From NCBI GenBank assembly GCA_043228905.1, contig JBHGNT010000016.1:1116001-1180000 (forward strand): a stretch of DNA of 64,000 bases, in the 5' to 3' direction. A model generated the notes under the pieces. That model saw nothing but the letters and a program-made list of their open reading frames with translations. It did not search any database and was not told where the DNA came from. This document shows positions 1-13,390 of this stretch, in pieces; position 1 is the first letter of the stretch, and each line of letters opens with the position of its first letter. This stretch comes from Azolla caroliniana. Taxonomy: Eukaryota > Plantae > Polypodiophyta. Position numbers and translations under genes: made by a program.

Positions 1-720
1 CGTGGGTCACAATATTAGAAGCATATTATACATACATGGATTTTAGGTACATGAGGACCTTCTTGATGAGGCCATGCCTCATTATTATACTGATGATTTT
101 ACTTATATACTTCTATTATGGTGTGCATATTCCTCAATGAATTGGCTTCGACATTTGGCAAACTCACAATAAATCTATATGTGGACCTATATTGGCAGTA
201 TGGGCAATTTTAAATGGAGATTTAGAGAGAACCATGTCATCCTCGAATGTTTGAAATAGGATTTCAATTGTTGTGTTGGCTTCATGCAATTTGGCATGCT
301 TCTTGAATTATACAATCTTTTTGAAGACAACAATGAACGGTTCTTGGACTCAAACAATGTGTGGGTATTAGAGATATGTGGAACATGGATTTAGTGAGAC
401 AACACTCTCCCTCTTTGTGCAAATGCAAAGACTTGTGTCACACTTGTTTGCTGCCTGAAAGCATGTGGTAGCATTAGAGCTACATTAGCAGGCAATGAAA
501 TTCACAAGGATATTGTACAAAAAGTTGTTGAAATATATTATTTCATTGGCAATACATTAGTAGATATGTAGGCAAAATGTGGGTCACTTGCTGAGGCATA
601 GGTAGTATTTCACAGGCTTTCAGCCTAGGAACAAGTCTCTTGGAATGCATGATTGCAAGATATGCTGAGAATGGGAAATTTGAAGAAATGCTCAATCAAT
701 TTCATCAAATGAAGGATCCA
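1..720 (+). pseudogene. Degenerate PLS-class pentatricopeptide repeat (PPR) gene fragment
   Basis: Translation from 434 reads VTLVCCLKACGSIRA..GNEIHKDIV..FIGNTLVDM*AKCGSLAEA*VVF..VSWNA/MIARYAENGKFEE. These are typical PLS-PPR motifs, with 3 in-frame TAG stops and a frameshift. Confidence 0.8.
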
Positions 721-1565
721 TGGCTAGCCATTGTCTTACACAAGATGGGCTTGAGAAGGATAGTCACTTCCTTTCCAACTATTTTGTATTTTGTCGTTGA
801 TATGCCTTTTTAAAAACTAATGGAAGGATAGGTTGTTTAGAAAAAAAAAAAAATCTATATGTAGGAGTTCATATACTTTTTTGTCTAAACAAATTATGGG
901 CTCTATAAAGATGATTATTCTTCACTCTATCTAACATGCTTTCGTAACTAAACACTTGCAAAAACATGGTCTCTCTTTATGTTTCAAAACAAATTATTCA
1001 TGGCAAGGGATCATAATCCTAAAGTCAACTACCCTAGATTCATGTCAACTTTTGGCGACGAATGTTTAGATCTAAATCTTATGTTGATGGAAAGTGATCA
1101 TTTATATTTGCGGATCAAGAACAAGTCCTAATTTTATTCCAACACTCACTCTCAAAATCTAATTATTGTTTACCATTCTCTTTCATATACCAATACAAGA
1201 AATAGATAATGATTAGCTCTAAAGTAGCCTTTATTCAATGGAAAATCTAAAGTGATGTATAAAACCCTTCAACTATCATTTAAATCCACGAAACCGATAG
1301 ATAGGTATATTCATAGACACACAAATTCGTCCAACTTAGTTGTACAAATAAGTACCATAAAAGATATCCGACAACAAATACTTATCAAGTCTACAAATAC
1401 TCATATCAAAAGCATTCTTGCATCTTAAAGATGAGAAAGAAATGCGTTGTACGATAAAAATAACCTTATCAAAGATGGCTTAAGAAATAGTAATCATGTT
1501 ATAGATATCACAATGAGTTATTCTTTAGCGATACCCCAAACATTGTAGCATCAAAAGTCATGATT

Positions 1566-1568
<3 letters not shown>

Positions 1569-1613
<45 letters not shown>
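1569..1613. repeat. (GA)n microsatellite
   Basis: Perfect GA dinucleotide run. Confidence 0.95.
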
Positions 1614-1615
<2 letters not shown>

Positions 1616-3031
1616 AAGTACATCGTAAATGGAACATTGGAAACGAAGTCCATGTGTGGATAATTATTAATTTTGGATTGTGAAATAATCGAAGATCACA
1701 TATAAAACTACTTCAGGTTCATTGTCTTGTAAAGTACATATATCAATTAGCGCTTGGTTCAACTCTAATGTAGAAACTTAAAAGGGAATTTACAAATGTA
1801 TTGAGGAGAAAATTTTCAATTGGAAACACCAAGGGATACATTGGAAGTGATGCATATAGCCCTTGAGGCTCTACATGTTATAGTAACAATGTTTTTGCTA
1901 ATATTTTGTTAGACTCACGATGTTTTCACATTACAATCACGAATCTTATAGGAAATCTTGATTATGATTGCTTCAATATCATATATTATTGAGGATTTTG
2001 TCAAGACTCAAGACCAACAAAATAAAGGTCGACATTTGTACGGACAAAAGAGATTGTATATATCTCCCTAAAACATTATCTCTAGACAAGATGGCAGAGA
2101 AATAAATCTAGCTATTGGGACAAATGAACAAATTGATATATGAAGAGTTGGATATAAATGTGAGCATGAAGAGTATAAATAAGCAAGCTCTTCATGGTTT
2201 AAGTGATACAACTAAATAGGTCAAATCAATGAGTTGTCGATAACATCGTGATTGGTTCAATATGTAGGGCGAACTCACATTGTAAACTTGTTAATGTAAT
2301 TATGTAATGGTGAATTTTCCAAATAAAGAAACTACTTATGAGTGATCAATGTGGGAAAATATCACTGAATTCTTTCCAAATCTTCTATGGTGGGTTCAAC
2401 CGTGGCTAAGCTCACAAGTGGATAATTAGTTACAACATTACCATGTCACTATTTTTATACTGGTCTCTTTCCTTCCCCATTTAAGGCTCACTATGGTACC
2501 ATATAAGATGGTTTCTTCTCCTTCCTTGGGTCTAATATGTTGGTAATATTTAGAGATCAAATAGCTCAAACATATGGATTTGAGTAACTTTAGGAAGGGA
2601 AAAATATTTGGGAACAAGCACATGATGTTGAGTAAGGACAGAGTTAGCTTGCAAATATTACTATTCAACCTAATTAAATATGCCTAGTTTTCCTATTCAA
2701 TACACCTATCAAACAACCAACATCATGTACCCACGATTCACTTATCCTCAAATGCTACAATCATTTCTATTAATAGTTCTTAGTAACAAGAGGTGGTTTG
2801 AGCCTATGGAATTATAGGAGTCCTGGCCAATCAATGGTAGATATATTATAAGCTTGCAAGTATGACCTTGATTTTTGAGTTTCTCATCAAACCTTGCCAC
2901 TTGCAGAACAAATGTTTACTTATATAATATAGCTACATCGTGATGTGTATAGTTCCTTAGCTTCAACGGTCTTCTTTTTTTTCCAAAAAAAAACTCCTTC
3001 CATTAGTTATAAAAATTTACAAATGAGACGA

Positions 3032-3900
3032 CTATGTACAAATCCCTAAAGGGACGCGATAGTTCCATCTTATGTGGATGCCCACTGACTCAAGAAAGGG
3101 AGAGGACGACCATTGTTGGATGAAGGCTATGCGTTGCCTTTCAACTCCCTCGGAGCCGCCCTTAAGGCCATCATATTGGCTCTTCAGAGTGGCTACAATT
3201 TCACTCCATATCTCTTGCAGTAACCTTGTTGGATGGGCGGTTTGGTTGGAGAAGACTCGCTTACATCGTTGTTTCCATAGAATCCAAAGGGTTATTGGGC
3301 TGACCAATTCCAACACCTCTTGAGATTTGTCATTAGGAGGAATGGAGTGGACATTGCCGCTGGAGGAGAAGAGGACCTCTTGTGCTTTTATCACCAAAGT
3401 TATCCCCTCCTCCTGATGCTCGTTTCGGGCAATTGCAGCCTGCCATGATAGCCAACATATGTTTCCCCACTTGATTGAACCTTGCACCTGACATAATTGC
3501 AACAAGCGGCCAACCCCCCGCCATATTTGATGGGACGTTGGGCAATCCCACAGAGCGTGTCGTATGGATTCTATTGCATGTGGGCACTCTACACAATTAG
3601 GAGAGCTAAGGTTCCCACGTTGCCATGCTCCACCGGTAGGGACTTATGTATTAACAACCATTGGAAAGTGGTAATTCGCCTCGCGTGTTGTTGTTTCCAG
3701 ATTTTTTGCCAAAACTTGGTTATTATTGTGGAGGGAACTTGAAATGTGTGCCAGACCTTCGCAGTAACCAGTTCTCAGGCGGCTTGAGCAGCTAGAATGT
3801 GGCGACCCAGTCTAGTTGTGAATTGGAAGAAAGGGATGGGTTTGCTTCCTTGCCCCTCGTAGGGATCACGCCATGTCCATTGCAAAGGGTCCCAACTGAC
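3032..3900 (-). mobile_element. L1-clade LINE 3' fragment (zf-RVT region), degenerate
   Basis: Minus-strand frames give FWQKIWKQ..FQWLL, CVECPHAIESIRHALWDCP and LWILWKQRCKRVF, which are C-terminal motifs of plant L1 ORF2. Frameshifted. Confidence 0.8.
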
Positions 3901-6900
3901 CTTACTCTTAAGTTTTATCTTTTTATGGTAGAGTAATTGTGCCTTTCCTCATAAAATGCAAGTACAACCTAAAATAGTGTACTAACAAAGAGACACCCCC
4001 TCCAACCCCACCCCATTATTTACATGTTTTAACATCAATATGCATGAGTACTTACCTACCTTATAAGTCTATCCAATTCCAATTTCTATTGAACAATCAA
4101 TGTTGTGTCGTTTACTAGATTGAAAACAAATATATAGAAGCTACTATGATCTCAACTTCAATTACCCAACTTTTATTCTATCCTATGCACCATTCATGAG
4201 TGTGAACGAAGCTATCCTCAATGATTTAGTGGGGTTGTCTAATTTTCTATCATCCAAATTTGTATACTTTAGTTACTTTTTTAGTCTATGAAATTGATAA
4301 CGATTGTATTCCACTTTATCAATAAGAGTGTATACCATATAATCTGAATTTAGCTACAAACAACCATTGGCATGCATTAAAACTATTCTCTGCTTGATAA
4401 TTTAGTGAGTATCTAATGTTGGCAATCTCAAATATGAAAGAACGATGTTGTAAATGAGGCAACACTCCATTGGAGTTATAATAAGAGAGGGTGAGCCAAA
4501 TAAAGGTACAAGCTCACATGTGCTTAATGAGTGTACACTCCAAGTTTGGAGGTGCTGCAATGGTTGGAGTCCAAAACTCTCGTCATTTCCGATCACCTTT
4601 TATAGAGAACAAGAATCAACCAAATCTCCCCCATGTTAAAGAAAAGTTGGACAACATTGTTAGAGGCATGACCATATAATATCCCATGGTAAGATTGTAC
4701 CGTAGTATTCTATACATGTGGATAAAGTGCAAGGATTAAATGAGAGTGTAAAGAAAGGAATACTCTCAATCCCAAGGATTAAACACAATCCTTCCCTTCT
4801 TTACACTCTTGTTTAACCCTCTCATGCCCGTAACAAACATGATGTTCATAAGAAACATTTTGAAGGAAAAACACTTAAAAGTGATATTTGAAGGGATTAT
4901 CATGCTAGTCTTTAAAAACTATGAGTCTTCACTAGCAACACAAATAAACATTCAATGGATGAGGAAATTCCTATTTAAAAGATGGTAATATAAAAGACAA
5001 AGGCTAATGTGATGTAAACAATTAGGTCGGTGAAGTCCTTCAACCCACTATCTGCCTATTAATTCATAGAGGATGCCATCATGATGAATTTACTCAAAAG
5101 GAAGTGCACAAACATTTAATCATAAGGGGAGTGGAACCCTTGTTGATTTAGTCAAGTCAACCTAAACATGTGTTTCCATTTATAGAAGGACGATAAACGT
5201 TTTGGCTTGAACCCCGTTCAATTTTTATAGTTGTGCCTACCCCTCAACATTGTATTTGGTTCCATTGGGCTAAATATGGCATCAACACTTAACTATATAC
5301 CTTTGATAAAGACAACTCAAGGATTTACCTATCATTCTCTATAGCAAAACTCGAGTAGTGCATTTGAGAATATTTCCGAATAATAAAACTAGAAAATATC
5401 ACACATGCTTATAAAATCGGTACATGGAGAATGTGTAGAAAGATGACATTTGATTGACCACAAAAATAAAGATCCAATGAATAGAAACCACATTCAAAAG
5501 ATGAAGAGAGGATGCAATTGTATTTTGTAGCTTTTTTTGAAACCATGTATAACAACAAACATGTTCTTCGTGTGAACATGCTGAATCAAAACCCTGCCAT
5601 CATATCTATCATTTTACGGATTCTCTCTCCAAGCCCTCTCTTAGCTAAACTCTCTACCTACTCGAGATGTACACTTTGACGGAGATGCACGCTTGTAATA
5701 TGGCGTGGCATAACAAACTTCAAAATGAAATGTCTAAGATTCCATATGTACATTTTGAATGGAGATGAACACCTGCAATATGGTGTTCATATGCCACATT
5801 TTCATAATGGAGAAATACATGCTTCCTATGAGTGTTCATTTACATGCCACTTATTATTTACTAGCATCTTGACATGTTAACCAAAAAATTTCAAAGACGC
5901 CTTGGAAAGCTTCGTGCATGTCTAGCAAGGATTCTTTATGTCGCTTAAAAATGACACTTTACAGTACTCAAAGCTAATCCGTTCAGTGTTTCTAATTAAC
6001 CAATTTTATCTGTCACAAAACTAGCTGAAAAAAGAGCAATCATTAATAACTGGATCAAAGTTCAAACTATATGTAGCATTATACACATATTATGTCCCAT
6101 CACAAGAAGCTGCAAAAAATGCAATCATTATTAAGTGGATTAAATTATATGCAGCATAATATACATATTGAGCAGCTATGTCCAATCACAAGCACAATCC
6201 AACAGCTAGGTTCCATGCTTTAGCAGACTTTTTACAGACTTCCAAAAAATGACTGTTACATGCGTAACTGAACAAATGACACAAACAAAACAGCACGGGC
6301 AATGAATGTAGCTTGTAAGTTGTCATTGATGATATTCCTCTGCAAGAGATTCAATAAATGTTCCAGTGTTGAAATAACTCCTGTAGTTTCAATGAGGTAT
6401 TTCATGCCTATCAAGGGTTATTCACCTTCATCAAACATGGATGGCTTGGCAATTCCAACGAAGGCTCTTCTTTGATGATAGATGCTGCTCTTCAACAGCT
6501 AAAAGGTCTTCACTTTTGAATCAATCCTCTGTAGACCCCGCAATCATCGTCCACAAAACAGCTCAGTAACATTTATCATCACTTCCACAAGGCTGAACAC
6601 AGTAAAATCTCTTTTGACCTTTCCATGCTCCTTTGTGAGAGCCCCAGTTACATATCAAAACATTAAATAGGAGCCTTTTGTACTCCTTTTTTAAGGGTCA
6701 TTCATTGATAATCCCTATCTGGTTGCTATTGATGGTACTGAATCAGTTCAGAAATGCTTGCTTCAGTAGTACCATGCACAGACCTTGAAAGGACATGTGA
6801 AGGATTTAGGGTTTTGTCACTTGCTTCATTGCAACTACCACTGAAGTTAGAAGTAGTGACCTTAGTTCTCCCATGAATGTACTTCCAAGAATCTCTTGCC

Positions 6901-6950
6901 ATTCCAGTTGTGATGATAGTTATTGCTAAGGTGATGTTGTCTGGTCTGAC

Positions 6951-9900
6951 TTAAACCTGGAAAAAGGGATGTTCAAGTGCCTCTCTGGCAGTTGGCCTAT
7001 CTGCAGGATCATATTTCAACAATTGTTGCAGAAGGTCAAGAAGCAGTCTTCTGCATCCATCAACATTTTCCATCACAATATCCTGAAGAACAAATAGGTC
7101 TATTAGTTTAATCACAAATTGGAAGCACAAAACAAGTTTCCAACTGAAAACATGTTAGACATATTGCTTACTTTTAGGTGAGACATTCTTTTAACAGTTC
7201 GAGTACTTTCCCTAGAAGGAGCTCCTTCTGGCCAATTTAACCTCCTCCCATGCCTAAAATATTTATCAGACCTTCCCCTGAGGACAACAAGAAAGATACT
7301 ATTTAATCTTTTGTTAGATTTCTAAAAATACACAAAATGAATCACATATTGCTATTATTCTTGTAACATCCCATGAGGACATCTATACTGTACTGAACAG
7401 TAGGGACTAAACATTTAATTCATATTCTTCACTACTTACTGTAGTCTTTCTACAAGTAGTACTATCACATCATCATAAAACCGAACCATGACTGAGGACA
7501 AAACCAGTAGCATAAAACAGAGCAGATGCAATAGCTATTGCAACAAACTAAAAATCATTCCATAGCTTGCTGACTAATTTTTTAGACTTAGCCAAAGCGG
7601 ATCTTAAACCTGATACACAGGATAGCCAAAGCACCAAACTAACAAATACAGACTGAAATTAAGGTGATTCATTTTTATTTGGCCCAAGAGATTCAAACAA
7701 CGTCATATCCTCTAATGAAGCGAACATAATAGTGTGGATTTTGGGCACCCTTTACGGTTTAATGATAAGCTCCTGCAATCATAAGTCCATCTAGTGATAC
7801 CGTATACTTACTTTGATGCCCTTCTGATCATGTGACGAGGAACTGGGCCAAGAACACGTTCCATCATGGCAAGATGCTCTAAATTTTCATGGGTTTGAAA
7901 TAGGACTTCACCCTACATCATTATAGTTTGAAGACCCATGTTTACAGTAAGTATCCTACCATACAAAAGTTCAACAATCGATCCTCCCATAAAGACAGGA
8001 TAACTTAGAACAATACCGAGCAGAGTTCAACCAAAATACATCCTATGCTCCAGATATCACAAGGATAGCTCCACCCAGAACCTGGGCAAATGAAAAGTTC
8101 ATTTTAACTTGCACAGATCGAGATGCTTGGTAACATTCCCCAATCCGACTCAGTTAGAATGGGTAACTAAAACCAGTTCTAATAAACTCTATTGGCACGT
8201 TTACAAACCTAAGATTACTTCAGGAGCCCGATAATGTCTGGTAGAAATAACTGAATAGCTATGTTCCCTGCCAATTGTTGTGCTACCAAAATCAATAAGT
8301 TTAATTCTACTTGACTTTGGAATCCTTTCCGATTGACTTGAACAATTCTTCCCACCATTCTGTAGATAGTAACCACATCATACCCAAATATTACACAATC
8401 ATAATGGGAGTGTTGAGCTGTCAAAACAAAGCTCAGAGCATTTCTACATCATATCATCTGATAGTTTACCTTATACATAACCTTTCTATACTCAGAAGAG
8501 ACAAGAAGGACATTCTCAGGTTTCAAGTCTGTATGTATTAAGCTCAAGCCATGCATGTCTGCAGTAGTAGCAAAATAATTCACACAATGTATAAGACATA
8601 AATACTATAATGATAAATCAAATACTATAAGCCTACAAAAACTTTTTGAAACAATAACAGAGCTGAAAATAAAGAAACTCACATGCAACAGAACCCAAAA
8701 TTTGTCTACCAAACTCCCTAACAAGATCAATATGAAATGGACGATAACTGTTCGATTTTAAGAAATCGTATAAGCTTAATCCAAGTTTCTCAAAAACCTG
8801 TGATATAAAATCAGAATTAAGACGTCTTATCACAACAAATGAGAAAATAAGCTAGTGCAAAACTTCATTGAAAAGGCACTTACAATGCAAATATGATTGT
8901 GGTGATCAAACCATCGCTTGAATTGGACAATGCCTCTGAGAAATTCAATTCTAATCAGCTAACAAAAGTCATGCGACTCCAGACAAAAACTACCAGATCC
9001 ATAAGAAAAAAAAGACAAACAGACCGATACTCCATTCTGTCATTCTTGTGAAGTGTAGAGAGAACATCAATCTCAATCATGGCATCCTCTCTATACTTTT
9101 CAGCACTCCGCACAACTTTGATAGCAACAAGCTCTTGTTCATCCCTGTCCCAACATTCCAACACACGACCGAATGTCCCTTCACCCATCTTTCCAATAAT
9201 TTTGTCTGCAATCTCATGAAGTATGAGTACAACCAATATCACCATCTACACCTTTTGTTTATAACAGGTATAGATTTGACAAATTACATCGAGGAGTCAA
9301 GTTCTCTCCAGCTTCAAAGTTGAGATGGCCATCCTTATCATCCATTTGCCATTGCATAGTATGACTTGATAGAACAGCTTCCGAATCTGTATTCTCAAGG
9401 ATAGGCAAAGAGGGTATTCCACTAATCGGAATGTTTGATGACACAGAAGAAGAAGAAGAAGGATTCCACTACAAAATACATACCCAGACATCAATCATTA
9501 GAGTAGATCTTGGCTGTATCAGTTAATAACACACAATAAGATAGGTGTACGTATCATTGTAACACCATGCACCAAGCATCTCTATAAAGCCTTTCTAAAG
9601 TCCTGAACTATACCCTCCATATATAAAAATCGAATTAAAAAACTATTGTCGTCTTCTATCAGTGCAAACATATAAAAAAACTGGATTAGAAACCAACGAG
9701 AAAAAGAAGACTCTGTGTCTTCATCTATCTACACAAACATCAAAACCTGAACCAGAAACGACTATATCTTTATCTAAGCATGAAAAAGAATATATCTGAC
9801 CGGGACGCTAAGGAGACTCTGTACTCACTGCGAAGACCTGTGCGGAGACATGAAGCTGAAGGCGAGAAGGTTCAGCGAGAAAGGAAGGATCCGGGTCGTC

Positions 9901-9975
9901 CCACCTGAGGCGTGGACGTTTCTCACGACGAGAACCTTCAGGTAAAGAGGATGTGGGGAGGAGGTCGACCGCCAT
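6951..9975 (-). CDS. LAMMER/CLK-family dual-specificity kinase (AFC-like), 11 exons
   Basis: Exons 9975-9829, 9468-9288, 9205-9025, 8935-8884, 8797-8683, 8558-8470, 8359-8209, 8081-8017, 7912-7812, 7277-7172 and 7082-6951 are all GT-AG and phase-consistent. Motifs: [53 protein letters not shown]. Confidence 0.95.
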
Positions 9976-10589
9976 AGCCAAAAAGCTTGAAAAAGAAGAA
10001 GAAGAAGAAGATGATGATATGATGATGATAAAGAATAGGTGGAGACAAGCAAGTGGCAATATAGTTTCAGATATTTATATATATGGCCCTCCTTTGGACG
10101 CTTTCACACTTGATGACCAATCACTGTCCACAGACACAAGAGAGAGAAAGAAAGAAAGATTAACGTCTTCTTAAGGCCAAAATTGGCCCATGAGACACTT
10201 GGTTTACAACAAATTTGGTATTTATCCAATCATCAGAACTAAAATAAAATAAAGTAAAAATAGAACTTAAACTAAACGAGTTCTAGTATTGTACAAAACG
10301 TGGTATACTCGATAAAAGGAAGCGACTTTGCACTAAGCCTAATTTCATTTCCACCCAAGCCTCTCAAAAAGAAGTGGGAGGTCAAAGGGTTTTGGGTGGG
10401 TGTGACCCATGGTCTTGGTGTATAGAGTGCCCCAACCATGGCTTCTAGGCGGTGTAGCTCACGTTCCCTTATTTTCTTTATTGCTTCTATACCACGTCGA
10501 GTTGCTTTGAAACCCGACATCTAAGGCGTTTGGTTCTTCTTTGGTTTTCTACTTCATCAAGGAAAAGGCCGAGTGGTGCAAGTGTGTCA

Positions 10590-11178
10590 ACATTCGTTGT
10601 CTCCCCCTATTCTTGAAAAACTTCATTTCTTACATGTTGGTGAACATTAGCAACATTATTGTCACCATTTTGTAACTTATTCTCTCTGTGTTGTTTTAGC
10701 TCTAGGATGTATTTGCCTAATTTCTTTATATCTAGAGTATCTAATAGTTTGGGGAGGGTAGGAGAGGAACCAAGTATGTATTGGTATTTTGCCCTTATGT
10801 CAGCGTAGGTGGGACATTTGCATGTAAAGTGGTACTCATCCTCTATCTCTATGTGGCATAACCTACATATCCTTTCCTCCCTAGGGACTCCATTAGTACG
10901 ACCATTCTCAATCTCAAGTTGGTGAGATGATATTCTAAGTTGTCCAATGGCAACCCTTAGTGCATGTGGTAAGAATACATCTAGGTATTTTGGCCGCGTA
11001 ATAAAACCTAACTTAGAGAAGTGCATGAAGTGTTCCTTATAGTACAACATTTTAGATGGGAGTGACTCTAGTGGGGTGATCCATTTATACCAAGTGTAAA
11101 TTTGCCATATTTCGTGGCGTATTACTTTATTGCAGTCCTCATGAGAGATTAAAGTGTTATCAACTGTGTGGTTGTATC
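10590..11178 (-). mobile_element. Old RTE-X-like LINE 3' fragment, part 2 (split by copia insertion)
   Basis: ORF 10607-11050 has LRISSHQLEIENGR..RICRLC..EDEYHFTCKCP, the same C-terminal motif as the LINE at 12.3-16.8 kb. The frame continues across the insertion site into 28805-29010. Confidence 0.8.
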
Positions 11179-11413
11179 TGTTAGGAAACAGGTCCCTCCG
11201 GATGGGAAGTGAGAAGACCCGGTGAGAACCGGATGAGGAGTACCCAGCAACGGAAGACCCGGTGAGAACCGGATAAGGAGTACCCGGAAACGGAAGACCC
11301 GATGAGAACCTGACGGGAACTCAACGCTCCTTATGTCCAATGCTCGGCCACAACCGAGCTTCTTTTCATACGCAGAAAACGGGAAACAAATGCACGACAC
11401 GAAGTGAGAGAAG

Positions 11414-12110
11414 TGTTGAGAACTTGACGTTCCTTATGTCCGACGCTCGGCCACAACCGTGATTCTTTTCATACACAGAAAAACAGGTAATGAAACGCGA
11501 CACAAAAGAGGAGAAATGGTACACAGGAGGTATACGTGGAAAACCCCAAAATAGGGGAAAAAACCACGGCAGCCCACAAGCTGCAAACTGTCACTATGCA
11601 GAAATATACAACAGTGAGATCACTGAGGCAACGACCTCGTGCTCTCAGATCTTCGCCACAGGCGGCGGTTACAACAGAGGCAACGACCTCGTCTCTCTCT
11701 CTCTCTCTCTGTACAGTTACGCGCTCTGATTTCTTCTTGCACCAACAACGAAGAATAAATGACAAAACGACAACTACTACAAAAAAAAAAAAAAAAAAAA
11801 GTTTGCCCTAAGTCATATTTATACTAATATGACTCTTCGGCTAGTTACAAATGTAGCCTCGATGGGCTCCATCCGACTCTCCGTAGTCAGGTACTCCTCA
11901 TCCGGTTCATACCGGGCCTACACCATCCGACTCTCTGCAGTCGGGTTCTCCTCATCCGGTTCATACCAGGCCTACACCATCTGACTCTCCGAAGTCGGGT
12001 TCTCCCCATCCGGTTCATACCGTTTCGGCCTCGGCCTGTCAGCCTCGGCCGAGTTTGTTCGTCGGCGCTGTTCTTATCCCTTCCCATCCGGAGGGACCTG
12101 TCTACCAACA
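11414..12110 (-). mobile_element. Solo LTR B (related copia family) inserted in solo LTR A
   Basis: 697 bp, TG..CA, with a perfect TSD AGAAG at 11409-11413 and 12111-12115. Collinear with LTR A; 54-bp internal tandem repeats. Confidence 0.9.
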
Positions 12111-12520
12111 AGAAGATACACACAATACACAGGAGGTTTACGTGGAAAACCCCAAACTAGCGGAAAAACCACGGCAGCCCACAGGCTGCGAACTGTCACT
12201 ATGTAAGAATGTACAAACAGTGAGTTCACGAAGGCAACGACCTCGTGCTCACGATCTTCGCCACAGGCGGCGGTTACAACAGAGGCAACGACCGCCGTTC
12301 TATAGCTCGTTGGAAAGCTCTTTGAGAGAGCTTTCTAAAGAATGTTCATTTACTGAATTCCGTTACCGTGGCGAGAAGTTATGAGCATTTTCATCCGCAG
12401 CCATCTTTGCCCCACGGTTCCTCAAACGGAAGGTAGATTTTGAAGCCCTAAATCGAGTGAAAGGTACATTCTCTCTCCTTCCCTCTTTGTCTCTCTTTTC
12501 CCGTACGGTTTGTCCCTACA

Positions 12521-13390
12521 ATGGCAAATACTCGTAAAACCGCCGCAAAGTTTGGGGGTATGATTGATAATGAGCCGAGATCACCAACAAATCTCGATTC
12601 TAATGCAATGGACAAAATGCTTATGAGTCACTTGATTTCTCTTCAAGAAACCATAAACAAGCAAGGTGAAGAGATTAGGATGTTAATGAAAGAGAATACT
12701 AAGCTCCAAAGTGTTGTCATTGAGAATGAAAGTCTTAAACAAGTGGTTGCAAAACTTCAAGAAGAGATTCAAGAATGTAAAAGAGCTTCATTTGAAACAA
12801 ATGAGCGCCTTAACAAGATTGAGTTAAAGGAGGCATTAAAAGAAGAAAAATTGGATACGATGAGGCGGGATGTAAGTGAGATGAAAAATGTATGTACAAC
12901 GAAGTCATGGGCCGATGTATGTGGTGGGGATGTGTTATCAAACTCATCTAATATGCATGTGATGCATCAAGAGAAGAATATAGAAAGCATAGATGTCCGA
13001 GAATTGAAAGAACGCGAACGACGATCAAAGAACATTGTCGTCCGTGGGATTAAAGAAGAGAGTATGGAAACACCCGCATCCCTTGGAAAGGCCATTGGTG
13101 AATTTTTTAGCATGCATTATGGGATGTCAGATGTGAATGTATATGGGGCACACCGAGTTGGGAAACATGGTGTTACTCGCTCCGGAGAAAGGCCTATTGT
13201 ATGCACAATGACAGATGATACAAAGCGGCGGATCATACTCGAAAATAGTTGGGTATACCTCAAAGGTACACAATGCTTTGTGAGTGAAGATCGTACTATC
13301 TCACAACAAAATGCTCGTCGTAAAGCATATGAAGAAAGATTGAAAAACAAGGTTAAGGATGTGCCTAAAGATGGAAATGTAGGCAAATAG
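12521..13390 (+). CDS. LINE ORF1p (coiled-coil plus RRM/CTD-like nucleic-acid chaperone)
   Basis: 289 aa with a heptad-rich N-half, then ERERRSKNIVVRGIKE..AHRVGK..RPIVCTM..VSEDRT, the pattern of L1/CR1-type RRM ORF1 proteins. Confidence 0.85.
   Translation: MANTRKTAAKFGGMIDNEPRSPTNLDSNAMDKMLMSHLISLQETINKQGEEIRMLMKENTKLQSVVIENESLKQVVAKLQEEIQECKRASFETNERLNKIELKEALKEEKLDTMRRDVSEMKNVCTTKSWADVCGGDVLSNSSNMHVMHQEKNIESIDVRELKERERRSKNIVVRGIKEESMETPASLGKAIGEFFSMHYGMSDVNVYGAHRVGKHGVTRSGERPIVCTMTDDTKRRIILENSWVYLKGTQCFVSEDRTISQQNARRKAYEERLKNKVKDVPKDGNVGK

Noticed and set aside
430-720. Stops in the PPR fragment being repaired by U-to-C editing
   Set aside because: Such editing is organellar. This is nuclear DNA and it also has a frameshift, so it is a plain pseudogene.
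1620-2430. Possible ancient gypsy RT relic (YSNNVF, GHLYG-like words), and a similar integrase-like trace at ~4400-4700 (-)
   Set aside because: Similarity is too weak to support by eye.
4733-4820. About 90-nt imperfect hairpin as a miRNA precursor
   Set aside because: No recognisable conserved miRNA; more likely a tiny MITE remnant.
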